This document shows positions 10,960 to 22,253 of a DNA stretch of 64,000 bases, piece by piece. A program made the translations under genes and the position numbers. Below the pieces are notes generated by a model that was given only the letters and a program-made list of their open reading frames with translations, was not told the origin of the DNA and did not search any database. Each line of letters starts with the position of its first letter. Positions within the stretch are counted from its first letter, which is position 1. The stretch is from Candidatus Oxydemutatoraceae bacterium (GTDB taxonomy: Bacteria > Pseudomonadota > Gammaproteobacteria > Poriferisulfidales > Oxydemutatoraceae): contig OZ244717.1 of NCBI GenBank assembly GCA_965218975.1, forward strand, positions 96,001 to 160,000. Reading direction: 5' to 3'.

Positions 10960-11874
10960 ATGTATATAAAAGTATCAGCTTACGTCACATGGCTATGTTT
11001 GAATATACTCTTTTTTTCGGCTGTGGCGGCAGAAACGGAACCTTCTAATATCATTCGTGAAAATACATCGACAATATCATCTACCAAAAGTATAATGCGG
11101 GAGGCTGTTTTCCAAAACGCATTACACGCTTATCTAAAAGAGCAGTTCAAAGAAGCGGAACTAATCTTTCGAAATCTGCTAGAGCGATATCCGAAAAACC
11201 CTCTAATCCTAAACAACTTAGCTGTTACTATTGCAAAGCAAGGCAAACACGACCTTGCAATCCGACTGCTTAAAAATGCAATTGCATTAAACGAAATTCT
11301 CAATACTAGCTACCAAAATCTTTCATCAATTTATGCATACGAGGCAGTAAATGCGTATCGTCGAGCATTATCTTTAACCATTGATTCACCCGAACCTTTA
11401 GACCTGATTTTAATCGGACACACCGACGAACTGATCAGATCATCGTTTGTCACCAAGCAAATTTTGCAAGACGGGGGAATCAACCAACCTCTAGTGCAAG
11501 AACCCGAAGCCCCGGCTGCTATCGGAAAAGGCGCTATAGACGGCGAGATTATGGCAAACGTGATGCGTTGGGCGAAAGCTTGGTCAAACCGGAATCTTAA
11601 TGAGTATTTTGCAAGCTACCGCGACGGTTATGCTCCTTCGGGCAAAACGCACCGGGAATGGAAGAAACTCCGGATTCAACGTTTGCGCACGCCACAGAAA
11701 ATTCAAGTTGCTATTAACGATGTACACATCCAACGACTGACACCTGACAAGGTAGTAGCAACGTTTCTCCAAAATTATCGTTCGAATTTGCTAAAGAGTA
11801 CAGTAACAAAACGGCTGGAGATGACCCGCATCAACGACGAATGGAAAATCACCGATGAAAAAGTATTACGCTAG
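10960..11874 (+). CDS. exported TPR protein with C-terminal NTF2-like domain
   Basis: Signal peptide, NNLAV TPR repeats, WAKAWS...WKITDE C-terminal domain. Confidence 0.75.
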   Translation: MYIKVSAYVTWLCLNILFFSAVAAETEPSNIIRENTSTISSTKSIMREAVFQNALHAYLKEQFKEAELIFRNLLERYPKNPLILNNLAVTIAKQGKHDLAIRLLKNAIALNEILNTSYQNLSSIYAYEAVNAYRRALSLTIDSPEPLDLILIGHTDELIRSSFVTKQILQDGGINQPLVQEPEAPAAIGKGAIDGEIMANVMRWAKAWSNRNLNEYFASYRDGYAPSGKTHREWKKLRIQRLRTPQKIQVAINDVHIQRLTPDKVVATFLQNYRSNLLKSTVTKRLEMTRINDEWKITDEKVLR

Positions 11875-13057
11875 CCTGAAAAAAAACTGTCGCAACATAA
11901 TCACACTGATCGGCGTAATATGCGCAACCAACCCCGGAACAATATTTGCCGAACAAACAACACCAAGAGATGCTGAAAGAATGTTTCGCGGGGTTCTGAC
12001 CGCGGTATTGGATAACCGAACCGATACTGCTTTATCAATCGTGGAAAAATCGCTTGCGGTGTACCCAAACTTCCGTATCACTGAAATTCTTCACGGAGAT
12101 TTACTGACCGCACACGCACATCAGAAGCCTTTGATAGCAATGCCGCAAGCATTGCGACAACAGCGCATCATCGGTTTAAGAGATGAAATGCTAGCACGTT
12201 TTACTCACCACCTTCCCAAAGCGGGTCATCTCCCACAAAGCATCTTGAAATTGTCGCCATACTATAATTTTGCCTTAGTCTTAGATGCTTCACAATCTCG
12301 CTTGTATATATTCAAGAATGATAACGGCAACCCGACTTTAATCAATCACTACTACGTTTCCATCGGTAATGGCGGTATGGGTAAAACCACTGAGGGTGAT
12401 AACAAAACGCCGACCGGTATCTATACGATTGTTTCGTATTTGGATGATAATGAATTGCCCGAGTTGTACGGTGTCGGCGCATATACGCTTAACTACCCCA
12501 ACAGTTGGGACAAACAGTCGGAACACGACGGTTATGGTATTTGGATACACGGTATTCCTCGTCAATTAAGCAGCCGTCCGCCGCAAGATAGTCGCGGCTG
12601 TATAATTTTGGAAAATACTTTTATTGCGGAACTAAGAAAATACCTTGGTGCAGAAAAAGCGCCTGTGCTGCTTAATCCGAAAATAACCTGGCTTGATTCC
12701 AAAACATGGCGGACTCAACGCAATCAATTACTGCAACACATCCGCGACTGGCAACATGATTGGGAAAGCATGAATATCGAACAATATTTAAGCCACTATG
12801 CTCCCGAATACAAAACCGAAACACAAAACTACCGACAAATGCTTACTCAAGCACGGATCAATGCTAATAAAAAAACTTTCGTTAAAGTGATAGTCGAAAA
12901 CTTAGACTTATTCATCCATCCCGGCCAACCCGGTCTCGCACAAATAGTTTTTGATCAGAACTATCAAAGCAACAATTACAATATTCAATACCGTAAACAA
13001 CAAATGTGGCGACATACCAATGAAGGTTGGAAAATTATTTATGAAGGAAAAACTTAA
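11855..13057 (+). CDS. L,D-transpeptidase-family protein (YkuD + NTF2-like, Csd6-like)
   Basis: GDNKTPTGIY, GIWIHG...SRGC catalytic motif. Confidence 0.85.
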   Translation: MKKYYASLKKNCRNIITLIGVICATNPGTIFAEQTTPRDAERMFRGVLTAVLDNRTDTALSIVEKSLAVYPNFRITEILHGDLLTAHAHQKPLIAMPQALRQQRIIGLRDEMLARFTHHLPKAGHLPQSILKLSPYYNFALVLDASQSRLYIFKNDNGNPTLINHYYVSIGNGGMGKTTEGDNKTPTGIYTIVSYLDDNELPELYGVGAYTLNYPNSWDKQSEHDGYGIWIHGIPRQLSSRPPQDSRGCIILENTFIAELRKYLGAEKAPVLLNPKITWLDSKTWRTQRNQLLQHIRDWQHDWESMNIEQYLSHYAPEYKTETQNYRQMLTQARINANKKTFVKVIVENLDLFIHPGQPGLAQIVFDQNYQSNNYNIQYRKQQMWRHTNEGWKIIYEGKT

Positions 13058-13968
13058 TAGATATTCTCCTGCTTGATCCCCTCTTGCTTTCGCGGTGAAA
13101 TATCATCAATTAACCAACGCACTAAATCCACCCACATTTGTCGCAATTCGGCGTCTGCCGGCATATAACGTGACGAAGCAAGTTCAATCGTCAGCAACGG
13201 CAACTTGATGATCTCGCCGGCATAGCGTCCGAGCGAACCTGGGAATGTTCCAAGATCACCCAATCTCAAACTGCCTAAACCTGCAGGCGGAGCAACCGTA
13301 TCAGGGCCGTCATAATCAACCATGCCGTAAGGTGCGTGTAAAGATATGATTACGTCCGGCTTGAAACTGGCGATTTCATCTACCAGCCAACGTGTTTCAT
13401 TTTCACTGGCGGCGGTTGCTCCCGGATAACGTCGAAAATCACGTCCGGTTTCTTTTTCCCAGTACAACAAAGCGTCTTCCCAGTTTCCGGTCGGCAGATT
13501 ACGATTTAGGTCCACCCGGTTGTGATTGACTCTGACTGCCGGACTCTTTAGCAAACCGTCAAGATTCAATGCCGGAATAATGTGCCAATGAAAAAGCCCC
13601 GAATGATGTTGATCCAGAATCTTCATCCACTTAAACATCACGCTAAAAGAAGCGTATTCATCACCGTGCACCCCACCGATCAATAAGACACGAGCGCGTG
13701 GTGTTTTTCCTACAAGCGGCGGATATTCTTTATATAAAATCGGATTGCCCAAAGCAGTATAGGCATATGTTTCTTTCAGATGAAGCTCCAAGCACTCCCG
13801 AACATTCACCGATGTCAGCTTATTACCTACTCGCTCACATGCTGCTTGCATACTAATCGTTCCCGCTCGCACCGACAAAATTGGAATACTAACGAACAAA
13901 ATGACGATCATCGCACTTCTGATCGGATATGAAATTTTAGCTTTTACCAAAGTGGCCACTCCTTTCAC
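13054..13968 (-). CDS. M14 zinc carboxypeptidase, murein peptide amidase A-like
   Basis: GGVHGDE, VDLNRN, SLH, PGSLG, TIEL motifs. Confidence 0.8.
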   Translation of the reverse strand: MKGVATLVKAKISYPIRSAMIVILFVSIPILSVRAGTISMQAACERVGNKLTSVNVRECLELHLKETYAYTALGNPILYKEYPPLVGKTPRARVLLIGGVHGDEYASFSVMFKWMKILDQHHSGLFHWHIIPALNLDGLLKSPAVRVNHNRVDLNRNLPTGNWEDALLYWEKETGRDFRRYPGATAASENETRWLVDEIASFKPDVIISLHAPYGMVDYDGPDTVAPPAGLGSLRLGDLGTFPGSLGRYAGEIIKLPLLTIELASSRYMPADAELRQMWVDLVRWLIDDISPRKQEGIKQENIY

Positions 13969-14065
13969 TTATTGTCTCAGACACTTGGTACTCGAAAATA
14001 ATCTTTTCTGATCAAGATTAAAAGATTAAAAAAGGCTAATCTGCAAAAGCGCCGACCCTCCGCTC

Positions 14066-15653
14066 TGTATAATGCCAGATACATATGGGACTCACGGCTT
14101 AACTCGAAAAGATGACCGATATGCAATATCAGCACATCGGCCACCGCATCAAAGATTTCTATATGAGCCAATTTTGCTTTAAAAATAGAGGCTCATGAAC
14201 ACAACGGCTCAACAGAAACACGATGCCATGTTATTTTGGAGGATTGTAACCCTAAACGCATTCAAGGTCGGTCGCAGCACTTTGTCCCGTTGGCGTCGGC
14301 GTTATCGCCGCACTGGCCTCAGCGCCTTGCATGACCGCGGCAAAGCGCCGCGCAAGAGGCGTCGGCGGGTCTGGCTGCAACCCGGCAAAGTGCCTGTCGT
14401 CCATGACGAGACTTGGTTCTGTCAATGAGCGCCAGCCCCGACGTCCTTGTCGGGTCGTTCGCCGCTGAAAACCGATCGGTTTTCCGGGCGCGTCTCACCC
14501 TGCTCGTCCATGACGAGACTTGGTTCTGTCAATGAACCCCAGCCCCGACATCCTTGTCGGGTCGTTCGCCGCTGAAAACCGATCGGTTTTCCGGGCGCGT
14601 CTCACCCTGCCCGAGTGTCCGCACGATTGCGCGCCTGATCGCGGATGCGCCGGATAAAATGCGCTGTATTCCGCAGCGGCTGAATGCCAAAGGACAAACA
14701 AAACGACCGTTTAAGCGCCGTTGCAGGGCACGCAAGCCGAAACACTTCAAAGCACAGTATCCGGGGCATTGCATCGCCCTGGATACGATTGTGCGTTATC
14801 AGCACGGAGTGCGCCGCACCATCTTAACGGCCATCAATGTCCATACCCGAATGGCAATAGCAGTGGCAACCAACCGCTGTAACAGCCGCAACGCAGCCGC
14901 ATTCCTGCGCCTGACCCTGGCGTGTATAGTGTCGGTACTGCCGCAACCTGGCAAAGTGCTTGTCGTCCATGACGAGACTTGGTTCTGTCAATAAGCACCA
15001 GCCCCGACATCCTTGTCGGGTCGTTCGCCGCTGAAAACCGATCGGTTTTCCGAGCGCGTCTCACCCTGACGGACGGCGGGAGTGAGTTTCAAGGACAGTT
15101 TGCCCGGCTCATCCGGGAATCACCCGTGATTGAGCAGTGGCTGACCTATCCCAAGTGTCCAAAAATGAACGCGCACATCAAGCGCTTCAACCGCACCGTC
15201 CAAGAAGATTGTATCGATCATGCAGAAGACCTGCTATTCGCCGATACGGAAGCATTGAATGACCGGTTATGAAACCGTTTTGTGTTTGTTGGTGGATTGT
15301 CGGCGGATTGTGCCGGATTGTCGGCAAAGTGCCTGTCGTCCATGACGAGACTTGGTTCTGTCAATGAGCGCCAGCCCCGACGTCCTTGTCGGGTCGTTCG
15401 CCGCTGAAAACCGACCGGTTTTCCGGGCGCGTCTCACCCTGCTCGTCCATGACGAGACTTGGTTCTGTCAATGAGCGCCAGCCCCGACGTCCTTGTCGGG
15501 TCGTTCGCCGCTGAAAACCGATCGGTTTTCCGGGCGCGTCTCACCCTGCACCGCCCTCATGCCGGCAGCGGACAGAAAGCACCGATCCGAATGTTACTGC
15601 CGAACGCTTCCCCAGAAGCTCTTCAAAAATCCCATTTAGGGTGGCATCGTACA
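14066..15653 (+). mobile_element. degenerate IS481-family element, copy B; 5 copies of the 98-bp module at three sites
   Basis: Ends TGTATAATGCCAGATACATATGGGA / TCCCATTTAGGGTGGCATCGTACA; HTH (RSTLSRWRRRY), ALDT and LTDGGSEF fragments; modules at 14401, 14508, 14967, 15340, 15447. Confidence 0.9.
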
Positions 15654-15658
15654 TTATA

Positions 15659-15686
15659 TTGCTATTTTTTTTTTCTAATGTAGAAT
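15659..15686 (+). promoter_or_regulatory. putative trxA promoter
   Basis: TTGCTA - 16 nt - TAGAAT, starting 5 nt after the IS right end. Confidence 0.55.
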
Positions 15687-15755
15687 AAACCTCTTTGAAA
15701 GCAAAGACCTTTTGCACCGGTTTTCACAAAACAGAATACCCATGGCTCCATAAAA

Positions 15756-16085
15756 TTGAGTGACAATATTATTGAACACATCACAGATGGCGATTTTGAA
15801 CGAAGCGTACTGCAATCGGACATTCCCGCTTTAGTGGATTTCTGGGCATCGTGGTGCGGACCATGCAAAGCTATCGCTCCGATACTAGAAGAAATTGCGG
15901 TGGATTACAAAGGAAAACTTAAAATTTTAAAACTTAACGTTGATGAAAATCGCAAAAATCCCGAACAATACGGTATTCGCGGCATCCCGACCTTGATAAT
16001 TTTTAAAAATGGTAATGCCGAAGCGACCCACATCGGCGCCCTTACTAAATCGCAACTAACCACTTTTATTGATCAAAATATATAA
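15756..16085 (+). CDS. trxA: thioredoxin
   Basis: WCGPC active site; upstream of rho. Confidence 0.97.
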   Translation: MSDNIIEHITDGDFERSVLQSDIPALVDFWASWCGPCKAIAPILEEIAVDYKGKLKILKLNVDENRKNPEQYGIRGIPTLIIFKNGNAEATHIGALTKSQLTTFIDQNI

Positions 16086-16266
16086 CTAATATTGCGAGGA
16101 GAAAACAGATAATTACAGACTTTACTCTGTAGTTTGCATATTTTGTAATTTTCATTACTATTACTATATTGGATGCATTCCATTGCCTCTGAATCCTTAA
16201 TAAGCAATCTTGATTCCACCCTCAATAAAAAAACCGTTTACATCAATCTAACCATGAATCTCAATA

Positions 16267-17526
16267 ATGATCAACTTGTCCGAACTTAAGAAAAAACCTG
16301 CCACAGAACTACTAGAGATGGCCGAAACAATGGGCATTGAAAATATTGCTCGTACACGTCGCCAAGATATTATCTTTTTCATCCTCAAAGCAACCGCACG
16401 CAACCGCGAAGACATTGCCGGTGAAGGCGTTCTGGAAATCCTCCAGGACGGCTTCGGCTTTCTCCGTTCTGCCGATTCCTCCTATCTCGCAGGACCCGAC
16501 GATATTTATGTTTCGCCAAGTCAAATTCGTCGCTTCGGATTACGTACCGGCGATACGGTGACCGGGAAAGTCAGACCACCTAAAGAAGGAGAGCGTTATT
16601 TTGCGATGTTAAAAATTGAGCAAATTAACAGTGAACCCACAAAAAATGCTTACAAAAAGATTTTGTTTGAAAACCTTACTCCGTTACACGCCGAAGAACA
16701 ACTCAAGTTGGAACGCGGCAACGGTAGTTCTGAAGACATCACAGCGCGAGTTATAGACATTACCGCCCCTATCGGTAAAGGGCAAAGGGGGTTGATCGTA
16801 TCGCCGCCAAAAGCAGGCAAAACAATCATGTTACAGAATATTGCTCAAAGCATTACGGCAAATCATCCTGAAATTCATCTTATCGTGCTATTAATTGACG
16901 AACGTCCTGAAGAAGTAACTGAAATGGTGCGTATGGTACAAGGTGAAGTAGTATCTAGCACTTTCGACGAACCGGCAAGCCGCCATGTGCAAGTCGCCGA
17001 TATGGTCATTGAAAAAGCAAAGCGTCTCGTTGAACACAAGCAGGATGTTGTCATCCTATTAGATTCAATCACCCGGCTCGCACGCGCCCACAATACGGTC
17101 GCTCCCGCTTCCGGAAAAGTATTAACCGGTGGCGTTGATGCCAACGCTTTACACCGCCCCAAACGATTTTTTGGTGCGGCACGTAATATTGAAGAAGGCG
17201 GCAGCTTAACCATTCTCGCAACCGCGTTGATCGATACGGGTTCCAAGATGGATGAAGTCATCTACGAAGAATTCAAAGGCACCGGCAATATGGAGATTCA
17301 CCTTGATCGACGCATCGCTGAACGCCGTATATGGCCTGCAATTAACATTAAACGTTCCGGTACACGCCGTGAGGAACTTCTTATCGCCCCGGAAAAATTG
17401 CAGAATATCTGGGTTCTGAGGAAGTTTCTGCATCAGTCGGATGATTTTGAAGCGATTGAGTTTCTAATCACAAAAATGCAGTCATCCAAAAGCAACACAG
17501 CCTTCTTTGAAGCGATGAAACGCTAA
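16267..17526 (+). CDS. rho: transcription termination factor Rho
   Basis: [24 protein letters not shown]; 419 aa. Confidence 0.99.
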   Translation: MINLSELKKKPATELLEMAETMGIENIARTRRQDIIFFILKATARNREDIAGEGVLEILQDGFGFLRSADSSYLAGPDDIYVSPSQIRRFGLRTGDTVTGKVRPPKEGERYFAMLKIEQINSEPTKNAYKKILFENLTPLHAEEQLKLERGNGSSEDITARVIDITAPIGKGQRGLIVSPPKAGKTIMLQNIAQSITANHPEIHLIVLLIDERPEEVTEMVRMVQGEVVSSTFDEPASRHVQVADMVIEKAKRLVEHKQDVVILLDSITRLARAHNTVAPASGKVLTGGVDANALHRPKRFFGAARNIEEGGSLTILATALIDTGSKMDEVIYEEFKGTGNMEIHLDRRIAERRIWPAINIKRSGTRREELLIAPEKLQNIWVLRKFLHQSDDFEAIEFLITKMQSSKSNTAFFEAMKR

Positions 17527-17697
17527 AAACGATTCAATAAAGGAAACAAAACGGCAAAGAAAACGCGCTTGGAAATCATCATTAGAAATGGCGACCGGTA
17601 AAAATGCCTTTTAACGTAATTATGATGTTTAATTAGCCTATGAATATAGAACTAAAATTAAGCATTCAATATATGAACCTACACGCTAAAAATATAT

Positions 17698-18990
17698 TCA
17701 ATTAGTGGTCGCTTGGTTGCGTGCGCCGATATCATACCGGTAAAACGCACCCTCCCAATTGATTTTAGAACAATTGCGATAGGCCAAATTACGTGCGTCC
17801 GAGAGCGTATCGGCAAGCGCTGTCACACATAGCACTCTCCCGCCCGAATTCACGATACGGCCATCGTTTCTTAATTTCGTTCCGGCATGAAAAACTTTGA
17901 CGGTATCTGAGTCCAACCGTTCCAAACCTGAAATAGCATGAGCTTTGCTGTAATCGCCCGGGTAGCCGCGCGATGCCATCACAACGTTCAATGCAGTGCG
18001 CGCATCCCATTCAATCGCCGCATTACTGAAGCTGCCATCCGATAGACTCATCAGTAATTTGACCAAATCACTTTTCAGTCGAAAAATAATCGCCTGAGTT
18101 TCAGGGTCTCCTAAACGACAGTTGAATTCAAGCACGCGCGGCTTACCGTCGTAGCCAATCATCAATCCCGCATATAAAAATCCGGCAAAAGGGCTACCTT
18201 CTTCTCGCATCCCTCGAATACACGGCTTGATCACACAGTTCATCACAGTCGTTTGTATTGCTTCATCGATAATCGGAGCGGGCGAATAGGCGCCCATACC
18301 ACCGGTGTTTGGACCTTGGTCACCATCATCACGCGCTTTATGATCTTGCGAACTAGCAAGCGGTAATACCGTATTTCCGTCAGTCAGGCAAATAAAACTT
18401 GCTTCTTCCCCTTCAAGAAACTCCTCAACCACGATGTTCTTCCCAGCATCGCCAAAAGATTCGCCCGATAACATCTCCCGAATTGCCGCCGCTGCTGTAG
18501 ATGGATTGTGCGCAATCAACACCCCCTTCCCAGCAGCAAGGCCGTCCGCTTTAACGACTATCGGAAATCGACACCTGCTCAAATAATCCAACGCATCTGC
18601 GATTTCATTAAATAACTGATACTGCGCAGTAGGAATACAGTATCTTGACATAAAATCTTTACTGAATATTTTGGAAGATTCAAGGCGAGCAGCAGCACGA
18701 GTCGGACCGATGATAACAAGCCTCCGTTGTTGGAATCGGTCGACAATGCCCGCTGCTAATGCATCTTCAGGACCAACGACTGTCAATCCAATTTGATGTC
18801 GATGAGCGAATTCGGCCAATTGTTCAATATCCTGCGCCGCAATCGCTACATTTTCCACTTGATACTCGCGCTGTATACCGGCATTCCCCGGCGCAACATA
18901 AACTTTGCTGACTTGCGAGCTTTGTGCCATCTTCCATGCCAACGCATGTTCTCTGCCGCCGCTGCCAACAACCAAGACTTTCATCATCAA
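17698..18990 (-). CDS. purD: phosphoribosylamine-glycine ligase
   Basis: GSGGREHALAW, GPNTGGMGAY, RLGDPETQ. Confidence 0.98.
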   Translation of the reverse strand: MMMKVLVVGSGGREHALAWKMAQSSQVSKVYVAPGNAGIQREYQVENVAIAAQDIEQLAEFAHRHQIGLTVVGPEDALAAGIVDRFQQRRLVIIGPTRAAARLESSKIFSKDFMSRYCIPTAQYQLFNEIADALDYLSRCRFPIVVKADGLAAGKGVLIAHNPSTAAAAIREMLSGESFGDAGKNIVVEEFLEGEEASFICLTDGNTVLPLASSQDHKARDDGDQGPNTGGMGAYSPAPIIDEAIQTTVMNCVIKPCIRGMREEGSPFAGFLYAGLMIGYDGKPRVLEFNCRLGDPETQAIIFRLKSDLVKLLMSLSDGSFSNAAIEWDARTALNVVMASRGYPGDYSKAHAISGLERLDSDTVKVFHAGTKLRNDGRIVNSGGRVLCVTALADTLSDARNLAYRNCSKINWEGAFYRYDIGARNQATTN

Positions 18991-20582
18991 TGTCGAAAGT
19001 GGCGTATACCGGTATAAACCATAGCAATCGAATGACGCTCTGCCGCAGCAATTACTTCTTTATCGCGCACCGAGCCGCCCGGTTGAATAATCGCACTGAC
19101 TCCCGCTTGAGCTGCAAGTTCAATGCTATCTGCGAATGGAAAAAAAGCATCTGACGCCATAACCAATAATTGTTTATGCGCCTGATCGACAGCTTTCTCA
19201 ATCGCCATACGCACTGATTCAATGCGGCTGGTTTGTCCCGCACCGATTCCGGCAGTGCAGCAATTCGTACCGTCGGCTGTTGCCAATACAATTGCATTTG
19301 ATTTAGCGTACTTAACTACGCGCCAAGCAAATAACAATCCGGATATTTGATTATCATCAGGCATTCGGCCGGTTTGCACTTGTAAATCATCGCGCGTAAT
19401 CTTTACAGTATCTTTGTCTTGCACCAAGACCCCGCCGGCTATACTGCAATAATCAAACGGATCTTCAAGAAAACACCCTTGCAATACCCGCAAAGAAGTC
19501 TTTTTGCGCAAAATAGGAAGCGCCTCGGGATCAAAATTCGGAGCGATAATAACTTCAGCAAATACTCCGTCAACTAATTGACGCGCTAATGTCGCATCCA
19601 AGCTGCGATTAAATGCGATAATCCCACCGAATGCGGATGTCATATCGGATGAACATGCATTTTGATACGCAAGACCGATGTTTTTCGCATAAGCCGCACC
19701 ACAAGGAGTTGCATGTTTAACAATCACACAGGCCGGCTCGGAGAATTCGTGAACACAACGGTCCGCAGTTTCCGCATCAACGACATTATTAAATGACAAA
19801 TCCTTCCCTTGCAATTGATTTATACCCATTAGCAAACCGGCAGATTCGTTCGGTTTCTGTTGATAAAAAGCCGCTCGCTGATGAGGGTTCTCACCATAGC
19901 GAAGCAATAACGCTTTCTTTGCAGATAACTGCAATTGATCAGGCAATTGTGCGTTGTCGGAGGGTGCTGATCGCTCTTGTGTGTGAAGAAACCAAGCCGC
20001 AATCGTTGCATCATAGTCGGCGGTTCGTTGAAATGCTTTGGTTGCCAAGGTGGTGCGTAATTGCAATGAAATCCCGCCGGATTCTTTGATCTCGCGCTCT
20101 ACTACCATATAATCATCAGGATGAACCACCACGGTTACACGCTGATGATTTTTTGCCGCGGACCGAATCATCGCCGGACCGCCAATATCAATCTGTTCAA
20201 TGCAAAGATGATAATCGGCCGTCATTATGGTTTTTTCAAAAGGATAAAGATTTACAACCAATAAATCGATGGGTTCTATCCCATGTCCCTGCATTACTTC
20301 TCGGTCAACCGTCTCTCTACCAAGTAATCCGCCATGCACTTTGGGATGTAACGTTTTGACACGTCCGCTCATTATTTCCGGAAATCCGGTGTAATCGGCA
20401 ACATCCGTAACAACCAGACCCTGCTCAGTCAAAAGTTTGGCGGTACTGCTGGTTGACAATATTCGCACACCCAGAGTGCTTAAGAAACGTGAAAACTCAA
20501 TGATGCCGCGCTTGTCGAAAACGCTGATCAACGCTTGTCTTATCGGCTGAATCGCATCAATCATAATGTCGCCGGTTTGCAA
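18987..20582 (-). CDS. purH: bifunctional AICAR transformylase/IMP cyclohydrolase
   Basis: GRVKTLHP, RYGENPHQ, SDAFFPF, RHFRH end. Confidence 0.98.
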   Translation of the reverse strand: MQTGDIMIDAIQPIRQALISVFDKRGIIEFSRFLSTLGVRILSTSSTAKLLTEQGLVVTDVADYTGFPEIMSGRVKTLHPKVHGGLLGRETVDREVMQGHGIEPIDLLVVNLYPFEKTIMTADYHLCIEQIDIGGPAMIRSAAKNHQRVTVVVHPDDYMVVEREIKESGGISLQLRTTLATKAFQRTADYDATIAAWFLHTQERSAPSDNAQLPDQLQLSAKKALLLRYGENPHQRAAFYQQKPNESAGLLMGINQLQGKDLSFNNVVDAETADRCVHEFSEPACVIVKHATPCGAAYAKNIGLAYQNACSSDMTSAFGGIIAFNRSLDATLARQLVDGVFAEVIIAPNFDPEALPILRKKTSLRVLQGCFLEDPFDYCSIAGGVLVQDKDTVKITRDDLQVQTGRMPDDNQISGLLFAWRVVKYAKSNAIVLATADGTNCCTAGIGAGQTSRIESVRMAIEKAVDQAHKQLLVMASDAFFPFADSIELAAQAGVSAIIQPGGSVRDKEVIAAAERHSIAMVYTGIRHFRH

Positions 20583-20591
20583 ACAATGAGA

Positions 20592-21509
20592 TTACTTTCT
20601 CAGCTTATTCTTGTTGGGGTCAAACCCTTTGAAAAATTCAGCGAATAATCGAAACTCATTTTCATGTACCGCACCCTTTCTCCAAACAAACCCAATTTCG
20701 CGGTATGCGTTGTCGGAAGTCTTAGATAAATTGATATGCGTTTTCTTAAGCAAATCACTGTCAATTGCCAATTGCGGAATAAAAGTCACACCTAAATCGT
20801 TATCAACCATTTGTATAATGGTATGCAAATTACTAGTGAAATAAGGATTAACCTTATTCGTGTTTCGCACATCACACGCAGATAAGGTATGCTCACGCAA
20901 ACAGTGGCCGTCACCTAACAATAAAACCCCCTTCTCCGGCAGGTCCGCCTCATTGGCATAAGGTGTTTTCATCAAACGCGTATTTTCTCGACTCGCAAAA
21001 AAGAAGTAATCTCGGAACAGACTAAGCGTCTCAACATTTTCCAAATCAAAAGGCAAAGCAATAAGCAATAAATCCAACTCATCGTTGATTAAATCCTCAT
21101 AGATGTTCCGTGTCAGCTCTTCTTTAATATACAAGTTCAGGTCCGGGTATTTACACAAAATTTGGGGGAGAATCTTAGGCAATATGAATGGCGCAATCGT
21201 GGGAATTACTCCAAAGCGCAAATCACCCGACAATGGTTTGCGCCAACCTTTGGAAATTTTGGCAAGCTCCTCGGCGTCGACAAGAATTTTACGCGCCCGC
21301 TCAGCAACTTTTTTTCCGATGGCGGTAATAACTACTTCTTTATTCGTACGCTCGGCAAGCTTAGCGCCGAGGATACTTTCAAGCTCCTTAATTGCAACGC
21401 TAAAAGCTGGCTGGGCCACAAAACACGCTTTCGCTGCTTTGCCAAAATGTAGATGCTTATTCAGGCTGACAAAAAAACGTAGTTGTTTTAATGAGGGCAA
21501 TCTTTTCAC
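20592..21509 (-). CDS. oxyR: hydrogen peroxide-inducible LysR regulator
   Basis: LysR HTH; GHCLREHTLSAC two-cysteine redox motif. Confidence 0.85.
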   Translation of the reverse strand: MKRLPSLKQLRFFVSLNKHLHFGKAAKACFVAQPAFSVAIKELESILGAKLAERTNKEVVITAIGKKVAERARKILVDAEELAKISKGWRKPLSGDLRFGVIPTIAPFILPKILPQILCKYPDLNLYIKEELTRNIYEDLINDELDLLLIALPFDLENVETLSLFRDYFFFASRENTRLMKTPYANEADLPEKGVLLLGDGHCLREHTLSACDVRNTNKVNPYFTSNLHTIIQMVDNDLGVTFIPQLAIDSDLLKKTHINLSKTSDNAYREIGFVWRKGAVHENEFRLFAEFFKGFDPNKNKLRK

Positions 21510-21581
21510 TATAAAAATCTATGACAAGATAAGAAATCACTCATTTTCATTGTACTATATCTGCGGCAAAGAATAATTGCT

Positions 21582-22175
21582 ATGCATACTATCCATACGA
21601 GATTCTTGACGAACTTAAACAAGCACTTAAAAATTATCAGCGGCGGACAAACCGGCGTTGACCGAGCGGCTCTGGATATCGCCAACGCATTGGGGATTAA
21701 TTACGGCGGCTGGTGTCCGAAAGGAGGACTTGCTGAAGATATGCCAAATCCGCCGGGACTGCTGCATCGCTATCCGGCATTACGCGCTACTGCAATCAGC
21801 GATTATTTTGCGCGAACACGTTTAAATGTTGAAGATAGCAGTGCAACTCTGATTATTGCTTCGAGCAAAATACTCGCTATGACCGGCGGCACCGGCTACA
21901 CCATACAATATGCAGACCTAAAACAAAAACCTTGTCATATAGTTTTGCTGACGAAAACAAATACCATGACGCAAATTATGTATGAAACCACCGCTTGGAT
22001 GAATGATTTATTTGTCAAGTACCGTTGGGGAAACAAAAACGCCGATAAAATAACTCTAAATATTGCCGGTCCCCGCGCAAGCAAAGCGCCGGATATCTAC
22101 CGCGAAGCTTACTGCTTCCTGGAAAGCTTGCTCCATGATGTAACAATCACCAATGGCGTTGACACAAACGAGTAA
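21582..22175 (+). CDS. putative molybdenum carrier / SLOG-family protein
   Basis: IISGGQTGVDRAALD, GGWCPKG, LNIAGPRAS. Confidence 0.8.
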   Translation: MHTIHTRFLTNLNKHLKIISGGQTGVDRAALDIANALGINYGGWCPKGGLAEDMPNPPGLLHRYPALRATAISDYFARTRLNVEDSSATLIIASSKILAMTGGTGYTIQYADLKQKPCHIVLLTKTNTMTQIMYETTAWMNDLFVKYRWGNKNADKITLNIAGPRASKAPDIYREAYCFLESLLHDVTITNGVDTNE

Positions 22176-22176
22176 G

Positions 22177-22253
22177 TGGCGCGCCTGGCAGGATTCGAAC
22201 CTGCGACCTTTGCCTTCGGAGGGCAACACTCTATCCGACTGAGCTACAGGCGC
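22177..22253 (-). tRNA. tRNA-Arg (anticodon CCG)
   Basis: 77-nt cloverleaf GCGCCTG...GGTTCGAATCC...CAGGCGCGCCA; anticodon arm TTGCC-CTCCGAA-GGCAA. Confidence 0.97.

Noticed and set aside
14395-14428. HDETWF read as an IS630/Tc1 DDE motif
   Set aside because: It is a translation of the non-coding module, usually followed by a stop; the real DDE residues are in the IS481 fragments.
14427-14460. Group II intron domain V (34-nt GAGC...GTTC stretch in the module)
   Set aside because: No GNRA loop or 3' two-base bulge, the AGC triad is not conserved among copies, and there is no reverse transcriptase in the window. An Rfam search would settle it.
5187-15658. Target-site duplications, or an inversion between copies A and B inferred from swapped flanks
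   Set aside because: No copy has matching flanks; swapped 5-mers match only 4/5 (CACTC/CGCTC) and 3/5 (TTATA/TTTGA), too weak to claim.
22177-22253. tRNA-Arg as an island attachment site
   Set aside because: No integrase nearby and no duplicated tRNA 3' end noticed in the window.
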